64,000 bases of DNA, taken from Chitinophagales bacterium (lineage in GTDB: Bacteria > Bacteroidota > Bacteroidia > Chitinophagales > JADIYW01). Below the pieces are notes generated by a model, which did not search any database, was not told where the DNA came from, and worked only from the letters and a program-made list of their open reading frames with translations. The DNA lies in assembly GCA_020636545.1 (NCBI GenBank), contig JACJXS010000010.1:9611-73610 (forward strand), in the 5' to 3' direction. Positions 59,274 through 64,000 of the stretch are shown piece by piece. Position numbers and translations under genes: made by a program. Position 1 is the stretch's first letter. Every line of letters starts with the position of its first letter.

Positions 59274-60905
59274 CTAATTATTAGTAACAACTTCTTTTGC
59301 CTTTAAAATTTCTTCTGCTACACGTCTGCCAGTTTCAGCAGCACCATTCATGAATCCTTGAAATTGAGCACTGCAATGTTCACCAGCAAACAAGAAATTT
59401 CCAATAGGCTGCATTTCCAACCCTGCAATACTTGTCCATTGTCCAATTCTGTAACAACTATAACTTGCTTTCACAAATGGATAATCAATCCAATTCACAA
59501 AAACATATCTTCCAATATAGTGTTCTTTTGAATGTTTAAATATCTTATCTAAGCGACTCAAATAGTAATCTACTGTTTCATCAGGTAAACCTGTTCTCCA
59601 AACGTGTGTTGGTGGTTGATAGGGATTTTTAAAAGACTTATTGGCAAGTTCCTGTGATAAATCTCCTCCAAAGAAAGCAATGTATGCACCATTAGGATTA
59701 TCTTCTTTTTTATTCACACTTGCATCCCAACCATTGGTCATCTCAGTTGTAAATAAATAACCCATCGCATTGTTTTCTTTACTTCTCCAAGGCAAACTAT
59801 CATAACCTAACAGTAATTTTGTATTAATTCCATAGCCCAATTCATCAATACATTTCCTTTTTTCTGGCGACATTCCTTTTAATTTCAAATCAATATTTCG
59901 AAGTATGGTATATGGAATTGTACATACTACAGATTTCGATTTAACTTGTTCTCCATTCTTAAAAGATATCAAATAAGTGCTGTCCTCTAATTCTTCAATT
60001 GCATTAACTTCATAATTAATATCTATATTATCCATTCCCACCTTAGCCGACAAATGCTTTATTACCTCTGAATTACCACCTTTAACTCTGTAACGCTCAT
60101 CGCTTGTTCCAAAGACTTTAAAACCTTCAGAAGTATCTGTATCTACCATATCTAAGAAATTGATGGTAGATTGATCTTTACAATCTAAACCAAATTCGGC
60201 AACAAAAGATGCATCAAATAATTCCTTTAACCATTTGGCACATTTTAAAGATTTTAAATAATCTGAAAGTGGCATATTATCAAACTTTACGGCTTCTTCA
60301 GTGTCATAATTTTCGCCCAAAGCATCTAAGTCTTTCGCTATTTTTGGTGCAACTTTTTTAAATTCTTTTATAATTTCAGCCTCACTAATTCTTCGATTAT
60401 CAAAGTAAAAAATATCTTTAATCCAATTATTTTTTTCCTGCTCTGCTATCATATCTAACAACTCCAAATTAAATTCTTTGCACAAAGCAAGCATATCTTC
60501 ATGGTCCGAATCAATAAATTCAGCACCAAATTCAGGATAAATACCTAGTCCCAATGAGTCATTATAATGTGTCAAAATACGTCCTCCGATACGTCTGTCT
60601 GCTTCAAAAATTCTAAAACTTAACCCAGAATCTAAAAGATGATTGGCACAATTTAATCCTGCCATTCCTCCTCCAAGTATTGCAATATCTAAAATTTTAT
60701 TACTATTTACTGAAGCACCATTTCCAGTTGCCGTTTTGCAAGAAGTAAAAACAGCTGGAATACTTGACGCAACAGTAAAAGCAACAGTTGCCTTTGCAGT
60801 CTGTTTTAAGAAGTTTCTGCGACCATCTAAAGTTCTATGACTTTGAATTTCATTTCTTAGAATAGATAGTAAACCACCTAAGATTCTATTTTTTGGCTTT
60901 CTCAC
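59274..60905 (-). CDS. Tat-exported flavin amine oxidase family protein
   Basis: Twin-arginine motif GRRNFLKQ, a possible lipobox FTSC, FAD fold DIAILGGGMAGLNCA, and C-terminal FAGEH...GFMNGAAETG. Confidence 0.75.
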   Translation of the reverse strand: MRKPKNRILGGLLSILRNEIQSHRTLDGRRNFLKQTAKATVAFTVASSIPAVFTSCKTATGNGASVNSNKILDIAILGGGMAGLNCANHLLDSGLSFRIFEADRRIGGRILTHYNDSLGLGIYPEFGAEFIDSDHEDMLALCKEFNLELLDMIAEQEKNNWIKDIFYFDNRRISEAEIIKEFKKVAPKIAKDLDALGENYDTEEAVKFDNMPLSDYLKSLKCAKWLKELFDASFVAEFGLDCKDQSTINFLDMVDTDTSEGFKVFGTSDERYRVKGGNSEVIKHLSAKVGMDNIDINYEVNAIEELEDSTYLISFKNGEQVKSKSVVCTIPYTILRNIDLKLKGMSPEKRKCIDELGYGINTKLLLGYDSLPWRSKENNAMGYLFTTEMTNGWDASVNKKEDNPNGAYIAFFGGDLSQELANKSFKNPYQPPTHVWRTGLPDETVDYYLSRLDKIFKHSKEHYIGRYVFVNWIDYPFVKASYSCYRIGQWTSIAGLEMQPIGNFLFAGEHCSAQFQGFMNGAAETGRRVAEEILKAKEVVTNN

Positions 60906-60976
60906 AATGTAAGGATTTGTTTAAATTTACATTAATTAAAAGTAAAAAGCAAATTATTGCTAAATAAACATAGAAA

Positions 60977-63664
60977 TTATTTCATCCAAGGTAATTTATT
61001 TTTCAAAGCATCTTTAACACTTTCGCCTGATTTTTTTATGGTTTCGATAGGCTTAGTTGTATTTGTACTATCATTATTATCGCCACTTATAAGATTTTGT
61101 AAAGCCTGTTTTGCTTGGTCTTTCACTTGTGTTTTTAAAGTATCTAAGGTCTGTTTGCCTTGTTGTTTCAATTCTTCCTTAACTTGTATGGCATCCTCTT
61201 TTATGTTCTGAATTTGTTGTTGAGCTTGTTCTTTCACAACATCTTTCATTGTTCCTCCACCTACTTTCCCATCAGGTTTTCCCATTGTAATTTTAGGATT
61301 TTTAAAAGTACCGGTAAGATTCAAATTTAATCTAATAACTTCAGGTATTGCATTATTCAATTGCGGAATTGGGTTTTTAGCCAATAAATTTTTTGCAAAT
61401 GCAGTCGCATCTTGATTTAATTCCTCCCAAGGAACATCTAAAGCAATAGCATAATCCATTGTTTCATCTAATCCTTGTGAACCACCAATTGTAATATCCA
61501 TTTTATTGCTTTTTACAGTAAATGGTTCTATTAAAAGCCTTCCATCAACAAACGTTGTTTTGATATCAATATTTTCTAATCGCAATTTTTGTAATTGTTT
61601 TATTTTTGTTGTTTCGGCTATCTTATTTATGATAGTTGCTCCTTCAATATTTGCCCATGGCATTTTGAAACTTGCAGTTCCATTTAAGGTATTAAGATTC
61701 GGAGATAAATCAGGATATAAATTTGTTGTGATATTCATATTTGAATTATATTTACCATTTATATACTTCATAAAAGGCAAGGCTTTTTGAGCTGTATTTA
61801 CAAATTTATAAGTTTCTTGTACATCAAAATTACTAATATTATAATTTATTTGTGCCGCAGGAATATCCGTTTTAGTATTATAAAATCCTGATATGATGGC
61901 ATTGCCACCTAAAAGATTAGCACTCATATTATTTAGGTTTATTTGTTCATCTTTCAGATTCATATTTCCTGATAGATTTTCTATGACTAATTTATCATAA
62001 AGTAATTTTCCAATTTGAGTATTTGTTGTGAAGTCAATATTTTTAGGTAATCGAACAACATCTTTCGCTTGTTGTGCCTTTGATTGATTTGCACTTGTTG
62101 AGTCAGGCAAAAATTTATTGGCATTAATTTGTTGAGAAACAAGGTTCAAATTTCCAGAAAGTATCGCATCTTTTGAAAGAAAATAACCAATAAGGTTATC
62201 CAATCTTCCTTTCATATCAAAGTCAGATTCAAAGAGATTGGCTTTAAAATTATCTAAAGCAACAAATTGAGGAGAGAAATTAAGCAACAAAGAAGATATA
62301 GAAACGGCATCTTTTACTTCTTTAGATTTGAATAAAATATTATTAGAAACAATGGAACCGAGTGCAGTAATTGCGGTATAATTCTTTTTATCTATATCCG
62401 ATTTTTTTGCTTTTACAGCTAAATCAACATTTACATTTCCACTTAATTGCTCTATATCTTCAACAGGATAAATTTTCATGATATTTGCCAAGTCTAATTT
62501 TCCTTTTGCCATTAAATCTACATTTGGGTCAGAAATTGGTGTTAAAACTTTTAATCTAGCAGTAATAGGTTCAGTACCCATTTTAAAATCTAATTTTGAC
62601 AAATCTATAATTGAATTATCAAGATTGCCTTGTGCATGTGCAATATTTGCATTAATAAAAACGTCATTCACCGAAGTTGGCAAATCTGGATACTGGAATT
62701 TTCCATTATCAACTTTTAAGTTTAGGTTGAAATTTGGATAGTTTTCGCCTTGTAAAAATCCTTTAATACTACCATCTAAAGCTAAGTTTCCAGAAGCTTT
62801 TACTTTATCAAAGTCTTTAGTATAAATAGCAGGAATCATAGACAAAATAGATTTAAAAGATGTTTTATCTGCTTTAAATTGTACATCTAAATTTGTTTTA
62901 TCATCAAAAGTTTGAACAAAGCCATTAAACAACAATCCTAAATCATTCAAGGTCAATTTTGCATCTTTAAAACTATATTTATTTTCTGTTTGGTTGATAT
63001 TTATTTTACTATCAAAATTTAGTTTTGAATTCTTTAAATAACTTATAAGTCCTTGTTTTAAGGATAGTTTTTCAATGCTAGTTTTTGAAATATAGTCAAA
63101 TACTTCTGTACTAAAATCACCTTTCCCTTGGTGTTCTATATTTTCAATCTTTAATTCATCACCATTTGTAAAATCATTATATTCTAAATTTACATTATCT
63201 AAGATAAATTTCTTTAAAGCTAATTTGAATGGAGAAGCTGTTGAAGTATCGGTTGGTGTTTCTTTTAAAATATCCCAATTTTGCATTCCTGCTTTATTTA
63301 CGATTGCATCTACATAAACATCTTTCAACTCAATGGCTTCAATTTTATATTCATCTCCTTTGATGACACTCATTAAGTCTAATGATGTTTTTAAATTTCC
63401 TAAATTCAACAAAGTATCTCCTGCAAAAGCTCCTTTCCCAACTAAAGTTACATCTTCTAAAGCCAAAGCAATATTTGGAAAATTGCTAATATTTTTCAAG
63501 ATAGATAAGTCTGCATCGCCAATATTTACATCTGCATCAATTCTTTTTTCAATTTCTTTGTAGGCTAATTGAACAATTTTATCTTTAAAAAAGAAAGGCA
63601 AAGCAAATGCACTCAATATTAGTACGAATAGGAAAATAAAAAATCCCTTAAAAACTTTTCTCAT
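60977..63664 (-). CDS. AsmA family / AsmA-like envelope protein
   Basis: 895 aa with an N-terminal anchor MRKVFKGFFIFLFVLILSAFALPFFF, a long beta-rich repetitive body and a K/Q-rich coiled C-terminus. Recognition is by architecture only. Confidence 0.6.
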   Translation of the reverse strand: MRKVFKGFFIFLFVLILSAFALPFFFKDKIVQLAYKEIEKRIDADVNIGDADLSILKNISNFPNIALALEDVTLVGKGAFAGDTLLNLGNLKTSLDLMSVIKGDEYKIEAIELKDVYVDAIVNKAGMQNWDILKETPTDTSTASPFKLALKKFILDNVNLEYNDFTNGDELKIENIEHQGKGDFSTEVFDYISKTSIEKLSLKQGLISYLKNSKLNFDSKININQTENKYSFKDAKLTLNDLGLLFNGFVQTFDDKTNLDVQFKADKTSFKSILSMIPAIYTKDFDKVKASGNLALDGSIKGFLQGENYPNFNLNLKVDNGKFQYPDLPTSVNDVFINANIAHAQGNLDNSIIDLSKLDFKMGTEPITARLKVLTPISDPNVDLMAKGKLDLANIMKIYPVEDIEQLSGNVNVDLAVKAKKSDIDKKNYTAITALGSIVSNNILFKSKEVKDAVSISSLLLNFSPQFVALDNFKANLFESDFDMKGRLDNLIGYFLSKDAILSGNLNLVSQQINANKFLPDSTSANQSKAQQAKDVVRLPKNIDFTTNTQIGKLLYDKLVIENLSGNMNLKDEQINLNNMSANLLGGNAIISGFYNTKTDIPAAQINYNISNFDVQETYKFVNTAQKALPFMKYINGKYNSNMNITTNLYPDLSPNLNTLNGTASFKMPWANIEGATIINKIAETTKIKQLQKLRLENIDIKTTFVDGRLLIEPFTVKSNKMDITIGGSQGLDETMDYAIALDVPWEELNQDATAFAKNLLAKNPIPQLNNAIPEVIRLNLNLTGTFKNPKITMGKPDGKVGGGTMKDVVKEQAQQQIQNIKEDAIQVKEELKQQGKQTLDTLKTQVKDQAKQALQNLISGDNNDSTNTTKPIETIKKSGESVKDALKNKLPWMK

Positions 63665-63849
63665 ATATAAATTTAGAATTAAACTACAAATATAGAAATG
63701 AACTATCTAAATATCATTAAATTATAAAAGAAAGCCTTCAAAATACCAACTATTTCATATTATTTAAGAATTAGAAAGCATTATTATAGTTCATTCAATT
63801 AAAGTTGGGTTTAATCATTGTTATATCTGAAAGTATTCCTTATTTTTAA

Positions 63850-64000
<151 letters not shown>

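Overview
This window is an AT-rich chromosomal segment; my hand counts of 120-nt samples give about 33-34% G+C in housekeeping genes. It looks like a gliding member of the Bacteroidota, probably Flavobacteriia. Supporting evidence is a gldD-gldE-ssb-mutY block, a uppS-bamA-ompH-ompH-murI block, a PadR-PspC pair and TAnnTTTG-type promoter motifs. I count about 55 protein genes, mostly core metabolism and envelope: hemF, fumC, glpK, mntH, hisB, uvrA, icd, mdh, rng, lspA, murI, bamA and uppS. I recognised no rRNA, tRNA, CRISPR array, transposase or integrase. The most interesting content is listed below. (1) A G+C-richer, tightly coupled five-gene Type III restriction-modification cassette at 34.4-40.2 kb. 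It is headed by an XRE regulator and an E. coli-type DinD homologue, has a GxxExxY protein between mod and res, and is bounded on one side by a 19-bp inverted repeat enclosing 131 bp. (2) Two tandem, independently transcribed copies of a 65-aa acidic lipoprotein built from five 21-bp (heptad) repeats and ending in Lys, which is Braun-lipoprotein-like architecture. (3) An unannotated 30-codon polybasic micro-ORF between a TPR gene and rng. (4) A polytopic-membrane patatin phospholipase in a same-strand cluster with a beta-helix lipoprotein and an OM beta-barrel. (5) Gene decay: a GH95 fucosidase with two frameshifts plus a nonsense codon, a split PspC gene and a Fic remnant. (6) A catalytic-Cys-less alkyltransferase-like protein near uvrA. 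(7) A translationally coupled U32-ferredoxin pair. All functional calls rest on motif recognition by eye and on memory of protein families. No database search was run.
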